Below are positions 13,617 to 28,499 of a DNA stretch of 64,000 nt, in pieces. The position numbers and the translations under genes were made by a program. The stretch lies in the NCBI RefSeq assembly GCF_001194135.2, contig NC_068985.1, positions 91,107,007-91,171,006 on the forward strand, given 5' to 3'. Source of the stretch: Octopus bimaculoides. Its lineage: Eukaryota. The notes under the pieces are model-generated. The model did no database searches and had not been told where the DNA came from. It worked only from the letters and a program-made list of their open reading frames with translations. How positions within the stretch are numbered: the stretch's first letter is position 1; each line of letters begins with the position of its first letter.

Positions 13617-16600
13617 ATATCTATCTGGTTTGGTACATATGTGGGAAACGTCATAGTTTATTAACGAGACGACAGGCAACACGTATTTAGTTTGTGATCC
13701 AAAAAGAAATAACGAATATATATTAGGTTTATGTAATCATGCACCCCCCTCTAAATTACTGGTTTTGTGCCAAACGTTGTAATCAATATGTAATACATCA
13801 CTGAAAGCGAAAGCGAAATCGTGATGAAGGGTGTTGTATTTTGCGCAAGGCCCAACGTGAAACACATAAAATCTGATACACGGCACCCACTAGTTTTTAT
13901 TTACCATGCTCTTCAACAATGTTGCCACAGAGGACCTTCTGTGGATGTAAAGGCAATTCTCCTGGATAATGTGTCAGACAAGCACACATTACCGTACCGT
14001 AAATGGTGAGGACGATTGTCTTATGTTGAAAGTCCGCACGAGGAATCCTGAAATCTAAAGCCATTGTAGAAGAAAAAAACCAAAGCATCTGAAGATGCTA
14101 GACAATTTTCCGAACTGAGAATACGTTTGACATATATGTATTTGTTAATATATTTGCTGCAAATCTACACGTGATATTAATAATCTTCTTCCTCTTAGAT
14201 TAGTGCAAAGATTAGCAAAACATGAGTTAGACAAATGCGTTATTTCCTATTCATTCATATTTCACCCTGATTTGGTAGCAATGAAAGTATAACAGTCAAT
14301 AATGATCATACATATCGATAGCAAATGGCGTGTTATGAAAATATGCATGTATATAATTTTTTAGTTTATCACACATTTCCTTCGTATTTCTGAAGTTCAA
14401 TCCAATTAAATCGACGCCAAAAATAAGACAAAAAAGAGTAATATAATGTTTAAGATCAACAGTAAAACAACAGCTACGTAAGCTACACGGTTCATGGATT
14501 TTGTAGAGTATGCCTCTAATGTAAACCTGTATGGTATGATTATGTATGTTCCGTTTTTCTATTTGTTTTCAACCCATCACAGCAGCGCTAATGGTGTGTT
14601 TCCGAGTCGAAAAGCCTCTCAAGTTCATAGCATACTAGATATAGATTTGGCCACACAGTTTTGCTGTTTCACATTACAACTCCGCTTGTCACCTTCTGCC
14701 CTATTGCTCGTTTACTTCGATGATAGAATACATTGTTCATCCCATATCTTAGGTATCACGTTTACAATTTATATATTTATTACAGGATTAGAAAACCGTC
14801 ATTTTATCCGAACGTAAAAATCGAAACATACCCTACTTAAAGGATGCTGGAATAAAACTAATCTAAATAATAGCATTATTAGCAATTCTATGATGAAAAA
14901 GAAAAAAATAACGTTAATATACTTTAGATGTTTTCACTTAAACTGATGCAAAAAAACCGTAAGCAAGATCCATAATACATAATTTCATTGCTCTAATCTT
15001 TCTCCTACATTTATTTTACTTCAATTGAATAATTCTGAATTATGAAGATATAATGATATTTAAGTACAACTGATTTTTTCTACACAAAATACCAGACAGC
15101 CAATTAACAAATGCAAATATCCATGCTATCGTGATGAAATGGATTAGGCTAATCTGTTTGAGAACATAATTTCTCTATTTTGCCAACTGATTTCGGTAAT
15201 ATAAGCTAAAAAAGAAGCCATAACAATTAAATTATAGCTTAAAAAACTTTAACAAATATTTGTAAATATTTTTCATAATGATATTACACGTCGTTACAGC
15301 ATATATATTCATTTTCAACTGATAGAGAAAAATTAAAAACACATCTGTTTTGAAATAAGAATTGTACGAATTCACGAAATTTAAGAACATCTACGCGTTG
15401 CAAATACCACATCGCGAAAATATCGATAACAGTAATGACATTGAAACGTATTCAAAAGAAGGTTATTTAAACTGAATTTCAAAATCATCTTGGGGATACT
15501 AGCTAATATTGCAACACAAACTTGATTCATTTTAGAAGAACGCGTACGTTTTATCAAATAACGCTATGGGTATAGATTATAGATGTGTAAGGCCGATTAG
15601 CTGAGAAAAATTTACAAAATACATAGGTATGGCTGTGTGGTTAAGAAGATTGATGTATGTGTATGTATATGTATATTTGTGTATGAGTGAGTGTGTGTGT
15701 GTNNNNNNNNNNNNNNNNNNNNNNNNNNNNNNNNNNNNNNNNNNNNNNNNNNNNNNNNNNNNNNNNNNNNNNNNNNNNNNNNNNNNNNNNNNNNNNNNNN
15801 NNCATGGTCGTATTCGTAGGTAAATATGCAGTAATCAGCTTTTCTTCTAGACGTAAGTGATTCATAATGCGACAACGTTTTTATCTGAATTTCCTCCTCG
15901 AATATCGTTTACGTTTACTGGTTTATAAGGTATTAATTCTTAGTCGATTGTCTGGAACACAAAAGAACATGAATTCTTGAAACCTTTTAAATACACTGTG
16001 ATATTGGCATTTGATGTAACCCATTTATAAAATTCAATTACAATGTGAGATGTGAAGGAATCGCTACGATCAATTAAATACTACCGCTGTATCATACATC
16101 ATTATTGAGAGGATTATTTACATTTGTAATTAATATACGTTGTCTATATTTTTAGTTTGTATTGTGATCGCTGATGTGCATTGTTCTATTGTGTTTGGCG
16201 ATTGCATCATATTTGAATCGCATGCTGAGCCGTGAATGGAGTGTTTTAATTGTTGATATAATAAATGTTTTTGAGTTACGATGGATGTTGATTTAATTCA
16301 TCTAATTGTGTGAAGATCTGCAACAGAGCCTTTGAGAACACATCGGGAGATACATTGTAAAGTGAAAGTACTTAATTGTGAATATATGACAATTGATTAC
16401 TTCAAATGGCATGACCACAAATTTAGTAACCGAAGATTTTGAGGAACTGTTTTCGAAGACCAGATGAAGATGAGTTAATTCTCACCGTTACTAAATTTCT
16501 AAATGAAAAATGTCACATTTCGAAAGAGAAACACAAATGAAAGCTAATATTGTATACAGTGAAAGGAAAGAAAATACGTACCTCATTTCACAATGGTCAT

Positions 16601-16779
16601 ATTACGGATTTCAGTTTGAAACTGCATTGCTTTACAATGTACTCTATAGCAGCACAGGAAAATCATTACGTTTATAATGGAATTGAAGGCTTGTGATACC
16701 TGTGGAGTATCTCCTTCTCTGGAACTCGAAGAAGCTTACAAGCGAAGCGCAATTCAATAGTCGTTTATTTTAGTTCCCA

Positions 16780-17115
16780 TTCATGTGTCTCGCTTCTAGT
16801 GACCATCATTATGGCAGCACGTAGTTCGTTATAGGACCGTTCACGTGAGGTTCATTCCCTCTGGAGACAACAGGTGAAGTTAGAGCGGGATAAGAGTCCG
16901 CTGTGAGCTGCCAGCTTGCAGTGCTTCTCAGCGTAAACGAGAAGGAAGAAAAACAGGAAGAATATCTTGATATCTTGATTCTCCTGCGTAATTAGTCGTT
17001 GCCGACGAGAGACTCGCTGTCCTCTCGCTCATGCCAAATGGTTACAGGCGAGATCTCGCTCCTGTGTCGGACATGGTAAAGACTACCGGCGAGATCTCGT
17101 ACAAAATGGCGTTGG
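16780..17115. promoter_or_regulatory. Candidate CpG-rich promoter or regulatory island
   Basis: The stretch is locally GC- and CpG-rich. It carries a palindromic E-box TCACGTGA (16841-16848), palindromes GCGAGATCTCGC (17048-17059) and CGAGATCTCG (17090-17099), further TCTCG/CGAGA half-sites, and a YY1-like CAAAATGGCG (17102-17111). Confidence 0.4.
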
Positions 17116-17144
17116 CTTCTTGTGCTTCTCTACACGTTGATTAC

Positions 17145-17395
17145 AATCAAGGGTCCACATGTATTCGACATTCTGCCAAATAACCTCAGAGATTTACGAA
17201 GTACAGGTATGGAAGTTATGAAAGATTGGATGAGGAATTTTTTTTATCTGAAATATCATATGGTTTCACATTGCGATAGGAGGTACGACGTTGAGAGGCT
17301 CCGTCCAATCAGCTACTTCATGAAAACGGTGCTAAAAGGAAACTGTTAGACGGCAGCCCAGCATGATCCCAGGCTTTAGGTGAAACCAGCAAATG
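17145..17395 (+). mobile_element. 3' end of a CR1/Nimb-like LINE
   Basis: KGPHVFDILPNNLRDLRSTGMEVMK resembles the terminal post-RT segment of such LINEs (GPxLFNxLPxxLRD). A short GC-rich 3' UTR-like segment follows (GGCAGCCCAGCATGATCCCAGGC). Confidence 0.65.
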
Positions 17396-19162
17396 ATAAG
17401 AAGATAAACATGTGTCGTGTGCCCTTCTGCAAGAATTAAGTATTATGTCGGTTCAATAGAATAATTTACGTCTAAAACAATCTTTACGATTAACCTAATG
17501 TCATCACTGTCCCTGTAGGAGAAATCTATCCTAAGCTCCTATAAATTTAACACCAATGTCTTGAACATAAACTGTTAAATAGATTAAGTTATGTAATGAC
17601 ATGATCACCTTTGGCAAATTTTGTCATCATTCAACCGTTTGTATATTCAGTGGCGACTGGAAAGTTTTCCATAATAAATTTGCAAATAATTTCATTATTT
17701 CTCCACACAAGGCAACGTTGCCGCTTTGAAGTGCCAACGCATTTACTATCATCATATAAACTATGTTGAGTGCATCTGGAATAAATGGGAAATGATAATA
17801 AATATAAAAACAAATATAGACTGATATACTATAATTATAGTATAGTATATCTGTGGACGATCATTCGACAGTTAATTACTTGCATTATACGAACTCCACT
17901 CACTCTAAAATATTCGGATACGGATTCCGTTCTCGCAAAATCTCCTCGGGTCAAAGCCTAGGCTTTAAACATCTCACCAATTCGTTCGCAGATAATACAT
18001 ATATGGATGTCATAATTCAGGACATAACATTATTCTGTACATTGACTCTTTAATAATATAGTTGATTACCGAATAGAATACCAAACGATTATCTGGTACT
18101 ATATTCTTATATTTCATTCAGCACCTCAGTGTAAGGTGTAACATATTAAATAATATTCTTTCAAAAATTGTTCTCTATTCTTTTACAGAGAATATCACAG
18201 GATTAGGAACAGTTTGTTTTACTTTTTTTCATGAGAAATATTTACAGGCAGTTTGATAACCTCAACAAAAATTCATACGGAAAAATAAATTTTAGGAACT
18301 ATAGAGAAGCGAATAAGATGTATACATTTGCAATTTTTTATTATTTACTTCCTGTTAAAGAAATTCGAATTAAAGTCATTTGAAAAGTCTATGGAACTAC
18401 ATTATCAATATTAATTTCTAATTCACAATCACGTGGTTTGGGATTATATTGATTTTCTTCTCATCCAACAATAATGGATATAATATTTGGCTGATTTGTA
18501 TATTTAAAATTTCTCTACGAGTTCATCATCGATTTTGCAAGATACACTAAACTGAAAATATTATCCAATTTCGTTTGCTAATATCACACATTCTCAAGCA
18601 CCGTCATAAGCATTTGGCAGGATTTTGTATGCGTTTTATTTTTTTTGTCTCCAAATTATTGGTTTCTGAAAATCTAAAATTCTGATTGTAATGCAAACCA
18701 CTTAAATACGTCTGGTGCTCAATCAATTAGTGATGAACAAGTCCTAACTAATAAATATCATGAATATAATCGTTCCACCATTATTCGAATATGAATTATT
18801 CCAGGTTTATACTCTTCGGACTGAAACGTGAAACCAACCGCTTTACTCATATCTCGAATATGTATTGTTGAAAAATACTTCGATATCGTCTGCACATAAT
18901 AACTGTGACAAACGATCGATAACAAATATTTGCATATATCATACGTATTTCTTTCCTGTCTGGAATAAATAACTGAAGGATTTATGGCTTACCAAGATAG
19001 AGATATTCATATAATTTATGAGAAACCATTCAACGCTCCATATGAAAAGGAAAAAAAAGAAGAAGAATGGAAAATCGGACTTTTCATAGAGTTAATTGAA
19101 AGTTGAAAGCAAGAAATATGTCATTAATATATACGTATCGTTGACTTCATTAAGACTACTTA

Positions 19163-19163
<1 letters not shown>

Positions 19164-19236
<73 letters not shown>
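19164..19236. repeat. (GAT)n microsatellite
   Basis: Uninterrupted GAT run seen directly. Confidence 0.95.
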
Positions 19237-20399
19237 ACTGCATTCAGCCAGCCATAAAGCAAATATGATTGACCAAAATTCTTTCAAATCCACATTTCCG
19301 AAATCTATGTATAAGTGTCACTTAATATTCTGATGCAGAAGTCATCTATTGAGAGCGTAGAATGTCAAGTATGAATGAAATCCGGCAATGCGCTTCAGAT
19401 TAATCACAAAGACAGAATGCATTGTGTGTTATCAGCTGGTGTTGATTTTTTGGGAATAATATCTTATTTAAAACACTGTTCAGTGCTCATAATGAATCAC
19501 ATCTAGGATAGACGCGTGTGTGTTCGTGTATGCGTATGTGTACGTGTATGTGTATGTGTGTGTGTATGAATGTGTGTGTGTTTGAATGTGTGTGTGTTTC
19601 ATGCATTAATTACACTAGAAAATTATATAATGAGGAAAATTATTATAATTCTCATAGAGTGAAACGTAATTGAGGAGACTCAGGTGTATACAAATTTCAG
19701 CATACCAGCTGTGGTCTGCCTACATTAAACAAAATATTATAAATCACTAAAGCACCTAGAGATTAATCTCAAAGAAAATAGACTGCATTGCAGGTTTTGA
19801 TTATTGAGATTGTCTCCAGAACCTCACACGATTTTGTCTACAACGTCGCATGAGCAGAATATCATTTGTGTCTATCAGTTCACTAGAAAAAATATATTGC
19901 GTCACAACACAACACTATGACTGTTATGATGATCCTACTAATAATGGTACATCCCTCCCACGTGACGAGTGGTACGTAGTAGTCATTTCAATTACCGTCA
20001 GTGGGTGTCAGTATAAGAAAAGAGTGTGTGGTCTTACTTGTCTAAGGAACTCTACTGCTATACCAGAACGGGCGTGATAAGAGTCGGATAGAGAATTTCA
20101 AGACAGAACTATTTCACCTCAACTGACACTCATCTATCTTACATCGCGTCAAGACACATAAATAAAGAAATAACACTCTTAACATTGTAAAGGGTCCACG
20201 AAGAGTATCTCCAACAAATTCCAAATAAAGCACCTACACCCAAATATATTTCTGCACACAGTAGATTTATACTGTCCAAAGAATGATTCATGCGAAACAA
20301 CCTTACAAGTCTTTACAACGTCGTACTATGCGTAATCTTTCATACCTGGAACACTGATTACATGGCGTATACATACATACATACATACATACATACATG

Positions 20400-20464
<65 letters not shown>

Positions 20465-21849
20465 ATGTGTATGTGTGTGTGTGTCTGCGTGTGTGCGCGT
20501 ATTCATATANNNNNNNNNNNNNNNNNNNNNNNNNNNNNNNNNNNNNNNNNNNNNNNNNNNNNNNNNNNNNNNNNNNNNNNNNNNNNNNNNNNNNNNNNNN
20601 NNNNNNNNNNNNNNNNNNNNNNNNNNNNNNNNNNNNNNNNNNNNNNNNNNNNNNNNNNNNNNNNNNNNNNNNNNNNNNNNNNNNNNNNNNNNNNNNNNNN
20701 NNNNNNNNNNNNNNNNNNNNNNNNNNNNNNNNNNNNNNNNNNNNNNNNNNNNNNNNNNNNNNNNNNNNNNNNNNNNNNNNNNNNNNNNNNNNNNNNNNNN
20801 NNNNNNNNNNNNNNNNNNNNNNNNNNNNNNNNNNNNNNNNNNNNNNNNNNNNNNNNNNNNNNNNNNNNNNNNNNNNNNNNNNNNNNNNNNNNNNNNNNNN
20901 NNNNNNNNNNNNNNNNNNNNNNNNNNNNNNNNNNNNNNNNNNNNNNNNNNNNNNNNNNNNNNNNNNNNNNNNNNNNNNNNNNNNNNNNNNNNNNNNNNNN
21001 NNNNNNNNNNNNNNNNNNNNNNTATATATATATATATATATATATATTCATGCATATATACATTTATACATAAACACACAGACAAATCGCATGCGCATTC
21101 ATACGCGCGCGAACACACGTACGCTCATATGTACACATGTATATGTATGTACGTATGTATGTATTTATGTAATATAAGTATTTAAGACATCGACATGACA
21201 ACTCAATTGAAGCATAGGTGAATCAACATTTTCAACGGTGTGGCCTAGAGTATCATGAGGTAATATGCATTTCACCAGGATATACCACGTCACCATGACA
21301 GGAACGAAATCGATGTCTTTCTGACAGTGAACCCAATATTTTATCTAAGAGAACACGTGTCTTTACGAAAATATATTACAAAATAATAGAAAGAAATAAG
21401 AAATGGTTGCTCTAGCATTCTACACTTCACATTCGAAAGCGCCCTAAGTTTTAGATTTGATGATGTTTCGTATGAAGTGGCATTGAAAATTTTATTGATA
21501 TTCATAATAAACATCATTTATTCATTGCAATATCTCTTAATCTCTTATGAGATTCATATGAATCCCCGCAGTTAAAATCGATACAACAGCTGTTATTCTA
21601 TTGATTTTGAAATGAATCCTTAATCCAAATGAAGTATAGACATTATATAATTAAAAACTGCATGTACTTCAAATTTTAATGTTTCTCGTTGTACCCGGCT
21701 AAGCTTCGCTGCAATACATACGTTTCTTTATTAGTTAATATATTTATTTGTATTGTGAATCTCAAATTATGTCCTCCATAAGCTGTTTGTGTGCTGTGCA
21801 TTTGTATGTAATTATCCGTAGATATAATATAGTTTAATGCTGATAAATA

Positions 21850-21915
21850 AGGCGGCGAGCTAGCATAATCGTCAATTTACCTTGCAAGATGTTTAGCGGC
21901 AATTTGTCCGTCTTT
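21850..21915 (+). mobile_element. tRNA-derived SINE, family B, 5' fragment
   Basis: AGGCGGCGAGCTAGCATAATCGT...TTTAGCGGCAATTTGTCCGTCTTT matches the head of the copy at 56616-56851 (-). Confidence 0.6.
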
Positions 21916-22016
21916 GTATTGTTATTTGAAATTGTACGGAGAATGAATTTGCAATGCAATAAGTAGTATTTGCTCCCTTATGTCCTTGTAATTGACTCTC
22001 CACCTTCCACAAAAAT

Positions 22017-22066
<50 letters not shown>

Positions 22067-22169
22067 TACATATTACATCCTTCAGTATTTAGATACAGCT
22101 AGGAAGATTTATTTTGAGTCGAATAGATCGAGGCTGACACAAACTTTTAAACCTGGTACTTATTGTTAT

Positions 22170-22173
22170 AATC

Positions 22174-22250
<77 letters not shown>

Positions 22251-22358
22251 AAGAAGAAGAAGAAGAAGAAGAAGAAGAAGAAGAAGAAGAAGAAGAAGAA
22301 GAAGAAGAAGAAATAATATCATCGTCATCATCAACATAGACATCATCGTCATCATCAT
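22170..22358. repeat. Compound trinucleotide microsatellite (AAT)n(AAG)n(ATC)n
   Basis: Seen directly. It accounts for ORF 22089..22358. Confidence 0.95.
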
Positions 22359-23814
22359 TGTTATTTGTTCATTTTGCTAAGTATTATTCACGAACCTTTT
22401 TTGCTATGTATTACACATTTTTGAAAATATTGTTTTATTCCGATGACTCTTCCTATATTTTTAACATGATTTGTATCGCTGTTGAAGCTCTCTCGATTGC
22501 GCAGTTAGTAAAATCTAGAAAAAAATCTGTAATAGCAGCATTTGTAAATTAATATCAATTAAATATCGATATGCAAGTACATGTATTCAATGAACGCAAA
22601 TCTGGCGCCGCCTTATTAAATAATTCCAATATTCTCGTGCACTGATAGAAAGGCATGTAAATGTAAATGGTGGGATATTAATTCTGAAATTGTTGGCAAG
22701 TGAATATATTTAATCATGCATTGCAGCTGAAGATATAATGTACAACAGAGTACAACATGTTTTAACGAATGCGAATTAGAGTAAAAAGCTGGCGTTCTAT
22801 AAATTACACACTTTTTTTAATAATGTAAAAGTAGTATATTTTGATAGTTGTATAATAAAGAATGTTTAATTGACAAATCGTTATACATGCAGGGAGACAT
22901 ACGACCGCACATAACATTATACACACATACACAAATGTATGAATGTGTGTGTGTGTGTATATATATACAGAGAGAGAGAGAGAGAGAGAAAGAAAGAATG
23001 AGAGAGAAAGAGAAAGAGTGAGAGAGAGATAGTGACATATACACAGATAGATACGTACGTACTACATACATACATTCATTTATATCACAGTTTCTAGGTA
23101 TGCACTCTTTTACTGTTTTCTTTTGTCGTTGTTTTACATCAATTTCCGCGTATTCTCCGTCATCAACTATTTGTGCCAAAGATGTTTGATCCTGTAAACC
23201 GTAGATATGGTAGTCGTAACCCGTCAAATCTCAGCTGCATGGTGAATTTGTGACTGTAGAGAAAAATATTTTTTTCAAATATACTCATAGTTTCCAAGTA
23301 TGCGTTGGGTTCTTATGGATGTGGATTTTTTTCAATCAATTCTTACTAATGACTTTTCTAGGCTTTCTGTGTACCTCGATTTATAATTCGCATCTCAGGT
23401 TGTTGCCACTTTCTGGAATTTCGTTCCATTCCCATGCTTGTAAAATTTTATGAACTTCCTAGGTGTTGAGACACCATTAAGGGTAGTGATACCATTCCAC
23501 GGGATGAAAAGAAAATATTTTCATTGTCTCTCAAAACTTCTTGCAGAGCCAAAAAGGCTTCTCATTTCATCACTAGAACTGGAACGTTGAAGGTGATAGA
23601 TTTAATTTTGTACACATTTTCATATGTTAACAATATTATTACTTCTTCTATCAGGGAATTTTTCTACATACCTTTTGTGCAACAATGACACGGATTGAGA
23701 CTAGTTCATCGGCGTGAATAAATCGTTCAATGCCAAGCTCTTGTCACTGTTAACGAATTCTCATTGAAATATTTGTCCTCAATAATACATTTCATTATTT
23801 AAACTTCAGTGCTA

Positions 23815-24200
23815 TGTGTTCATATTCTAGAAGGAGTGGTCGGGATCCTTGGTACTATGAAGTACCGTCTACTTCAGCTCTTGTTATAGCTATCATTTCT
23901 AAAGATGGAAGCTAGACTTCTAAGAACTTCGATTTGTATATCACTGCATATATTTCTTACTTTCTCTCTAGAGAGTAGAGAATCAGATTTTTTATCTTCT
24001 ACCAGAAACTTATCTGTTGCACCGAATCAATCTCATTTGTGAAGTGGCTCTAAATTGCTTCAAATTCTGCCACTAATTTAAGACACTGCGGGGATCAGAG
24101 TTGGGAACACAAATCCAAACGACTAAGAATAAACGGTTTACATAACAGTAGTATGATATCATTTTTCCTACTACTGAATGATCTCAGTATCGCTCTACTA
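23815..24200 (-). mobile_element. CR1/Nimb-like LINE fragment (post-RT region), pseudogenised
   Basis: Hand translation with stops and frameshifts gives ILRSFSSRKNDIILLLCKPFILSRLDLCSQL*SP..KLVAEFEAI*SHFT..ISFW*KIKNLILYSLERK*EIYAVIY..IVPRIPTTPSR. This matches the characteristic LSRLDYCSQLWSP / YWERLKxLxLYSLERRRERY motifs. Confidence 0.75.
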
Positions 24201-27200
24201 TGAATGTTTTAATCTATTATGTTATATTTCTAAATACATTTGTAAGATATATCAACAATAATTACTTAAAATTAGTCGTAAATATAAGTAGGGATGGGCA
24301 TGTTCCGATAAAAATCGATGACTTAAAACACTATCTACATACGATATATTATTGGTATTATTGACAATTATCTATATTTATTTTCTTAGTTAAACTGATA
24401 GATATAATTTATTAGCTTTTATTCAGTTGAGTTTGAGATAAGTCGAGCATCTGCGAATGTTATATTACCATATTAATATACCAGCATTTATAATTTAAAA
24501 AAAAATGTTTTTTCCCTGTAGACTATAACAATTAATGTTTAGTGCATAAATCATACAATAGTAATTTTTATAACATTTCTGCTGAATCCTAGATACAAAT
24601 TGCAGTGATCTTAGATCAATCATACAGCTCCTTTATGTATCAGCTCCGAATAGTAGCCGAATAATACACGAACAATCCAGAGCATTGTCTTATCTAAATT
24701 GTAACTATGTTGGACACACCGATTGATATAAGCGTTTGTTCCATTTTGTTTTCTACTGTAGATTGCAGGATAGGATCCCTGGACGAGATGAAATCACACA
24801 TATATTGAGGCCACTCGATCTACTCGTATATAGCCGTCTTAAATTGATAGCGATCCAACCAGTAAATATATACCAGCGCAAACTAATCGAGGTATGATTT
24901 TATAGGGGATTGACACCAATTCAATGTAAATAGGTTTTTAATTATTAAACCAAATATTTTGCGCAAACATATTAGTGAACGTGTATTGTCAAAACGTTCA
25001 GAATAAAGATAACAATAAAGCTTTAAATCAAATCTCGGGTAACAATAATAATTAATACACGGAATATTTCTATAAAGGACACTGATTTATTTGTATTTAT
25101 TTTTTAAAATCATGATTTGAATTCCTTCATCGATTTTAAAATCGATGGATATCATTTGCACACTATAACATAAAATTTCATTTATAATACAGTTTATGAA
25201 ACAGACATTATAACATGACATTCTTAATTGATAGCATACGCATTACTATTTTACACGGGCTCCGTGATTGGTATTAAAATTTCATTGCATTTACAAGTTT
25301 ACAAATAGAATTGAAATGATGCATTAAAACAATATTTTGTTTTTGTTAGTAATCGTTGTGAAATTGGATTTAGTTATTTCATTCAGTGTTGAGGATGAAA
25401 TCGATAATGACGAGTAAAAATATGAGATAGAGAGGAGTGGATGAGACAAATTACTACATCAATGTCAAAAGAAGCAACAAGCAACAGCAATTCTACCTCA
25501 TTAAACGTATTCGGTTGTATTTTTCTACCAAATCTAATCAACTGAGTAATCTTCGACTTAAAATCATGCAAACAAGAAAAATCTAATTTGAAAATAGTCA
25601 ACAATATCGATATCATATGATCAGTAGATCTTCAGGTGATACATTAAAATGAAATGAAATGTGAAACGCTTTTTTTCTGTTTCTGTCTCTGTCTTTGTCT
25701 TCTCTCTCGCCTTATATATTAATGTGTACGTGTGTATGATTGCAAGTGTTTGTGTGTGTGTGTTTGTATATGTATGTACGTACGTAAGTGTAATCAGTAC
25801 GTATGGATATATATATGTGTGTTTGAATATGATAAAAATATATATGTATTTACGTAATTTGCTGTGAGTGTTTATATATAACATGCAGGCTTTGAATAGG
25901 CTAAATATATTTTTACCTTGCTGTGGGGAACATTTTGGTTAAATTGTATAACCATTATTTAAGCTTATAAAATACTTAACAAATAGAACAGGCGAAAACA
26001 TCGTAGCAATCGCTTCGGACATTAACATCAGAGTAATATCAGCAAAGTACTTCCTGTAAGTTGGGAAGCGTATGGACAAATTTCAGCAATATATCAATAT
26101 AATATGGAAAGTATATGATTTAATTTGGACCGAATCTATCAATACATTAAATGTAATTACACATTATATATATGCAACATAATATGTATTAAATAGTTGT
26201 GATATAATATCATTCCGTAAATGATATTATATCACACTATCATGTGCATATAATTTTATATGTTGTACCATTTTTATGTTACATCATAGAGCACAGAAAT
26301 TGAAGAACACCTGATTAGTCTACTCATTCAACACAAATAACTGATTTTCAAATTACATTCATATTTACGCATTTTTCATATTGTATGCATAGAAAAAAGA
26401 TGAATTATGATTTAGAGTAAAGTTTCAATTTTACAATGTTCAATTACATTACATTCTGACTGTGATTCATATATAATATGCTACATATAAATTATTTTGT
26501 GCTTTCAAGCTCCGTAAGGTTTCCTTACATCTTGAGATGTCACATTTTCCATCGCACGGCCCCAATATGGCCACGGATACAATGTCATTTTGAACAAATC
26601 ACACTTGTGCAACGAACTGATTGATATATGTAGAAATGAAATTCAAAAGACTTTTTGAACTCATAGATACTTGAAATACATTTTGTGGAATGTGATTACA
26701 GAAGCTCCGACACAGTAGGGAAATCTGAACTTCTACGCAGCATGTACACCTCTGAACATATCCTAATGTGAATGCGATAGTCTCCAATCGAAATTGGCCA
26801 AATCAATAAAATTATTTTCCCTACAAATAAATACTGTTAGTAATGGAACATTGCCATGAGGACGAGATACGCAATATCTGATATAAAAAAAATACGTGTC
26901 AAACATCACTAATAAAATATCTCGGAAAAAAGGTGAGTACAAAGTGTAAACAGATTAAAATTGGAGCGTTAGATATGACTAACTGTGAATGTTTTACTGG
27001 GATTCCATGTAACGGTTTGTCTCTCTCTTTCTCTTATTTACTTTAGTACTTTGCAGGTAGATGTACATCAGTAAATTACATTGCTTGTTATTTTGTTTTG
27101 CCATTTAGTTCCAACCTGAATATTAAACCAGTTTATAAGAAAAAAATGATGTGTAAAATATACTCTATTACGCACAGTAATTTAGACACTAGACGTGACT

Positions 27201-28428
27201 TAATAAGAAGATAATTATCAAACATTATATGAAGTATATATTCTTTAGTGTTTTACAATATGTAGCATGCATTTGAAACATCTCGTGTTTAGGTAATAAG
27301 ATGTAGCATAGTTTATATAGTACAATGTAGTACAGTTTATCTACTATAATGTTATCCTCCTTTAAATATCCCACACCTTATCAAAAAGTACAATAGAATC
27401 TTGTAGTATTCTGGGTTCATGTCGTTTTTAGAATCTGTTTGATTTAAATTTATTGCACCATAGATACTAATCAATCACTTGACATATTACGTATGCTGTA
27501 AAAAATATGTTTTGGCAAATGTAAACTTATTACAAATATAGAATTAGGAATTCATTATCTCATCTATCATAAATCGTTCCTAGTTTGTAAAATTAAAAAA
27601 AAACAGATTAAGGAACTGAGAGAACCTGAGGATGGGGTATAATATATTTGAATATATCTGTATATCTAACTATCTCTCTTTATCTCTCTCTATATATATA
27701 TGTACATACGTATGTATGTATATGTACACATGTGTCTATATATATATGNNNNNNNNNNNNNNNNNNNNNNNNNNNNNNNNNNNNNNNNNNNNNNNNNNNN
27801 NNNNNNNNNNNNNNNNNNNNNNNNNNNNNNNNNNNNNNNNNNNNNNNNNNNNNNNNNNNNNNNNNNNNNNNNNNNNNNNNNNNNNATATATATATATAGA
27901 TATAGTTATGCATATACATACATATATACAACCATGCATGAACGTACACTCATGTCATGTCTGAGTGATTTTCATGAATATGATGGCAAATAATTAATTA
28001 ATTGCAAAAAAAATTAAGATAGCTACATCCATATGTATATATATACGCCCAAATAAAACCCGCATAAAATAGCAATTTCTGAAGAAACGCATATATTTGT
28101 ATGCGTGAGGATAGGCGTTCCCATATCTTTATAGGTATTTCTATATATTTGTATTTCTTTTTTATAGTTTCATATATATATATATATATGTGTGTGTCTA
28201 TATTTTTTCTATTTTTCTATATACATAGTCATATCGTAATAATTCGCTAATTTGCTGGTGTATGAATTTACGGGTTTCTCCATAATGACATTGATATATC
28301 CTCGACAGAAAAATTAGTGGGGGTTAATATAGAGGAGTAAGATGCGTGAACATTGATTCCACCTAACGTATGCCTGGTCTAAAGCAAGAGAAGCGGATAT
28401 ATATGTATGTATGTATAGATAGATAGAT

Positions 28429-28499
<71 letters not shown>

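Noticed and set aside
13855-14030. KAILLDN peptide resembling a pogo/Tigger DDE motif
   Set aside because: It is a single short motif with no other recognisable transposase features.
16419-16498. 12-bp inverted repeat AAATTTAGTAAC/GTTACTAAATTT with a 56-nt spacer
   Set aside because: It is AT-rich and the interior pairs poorly, so chance is plausible.
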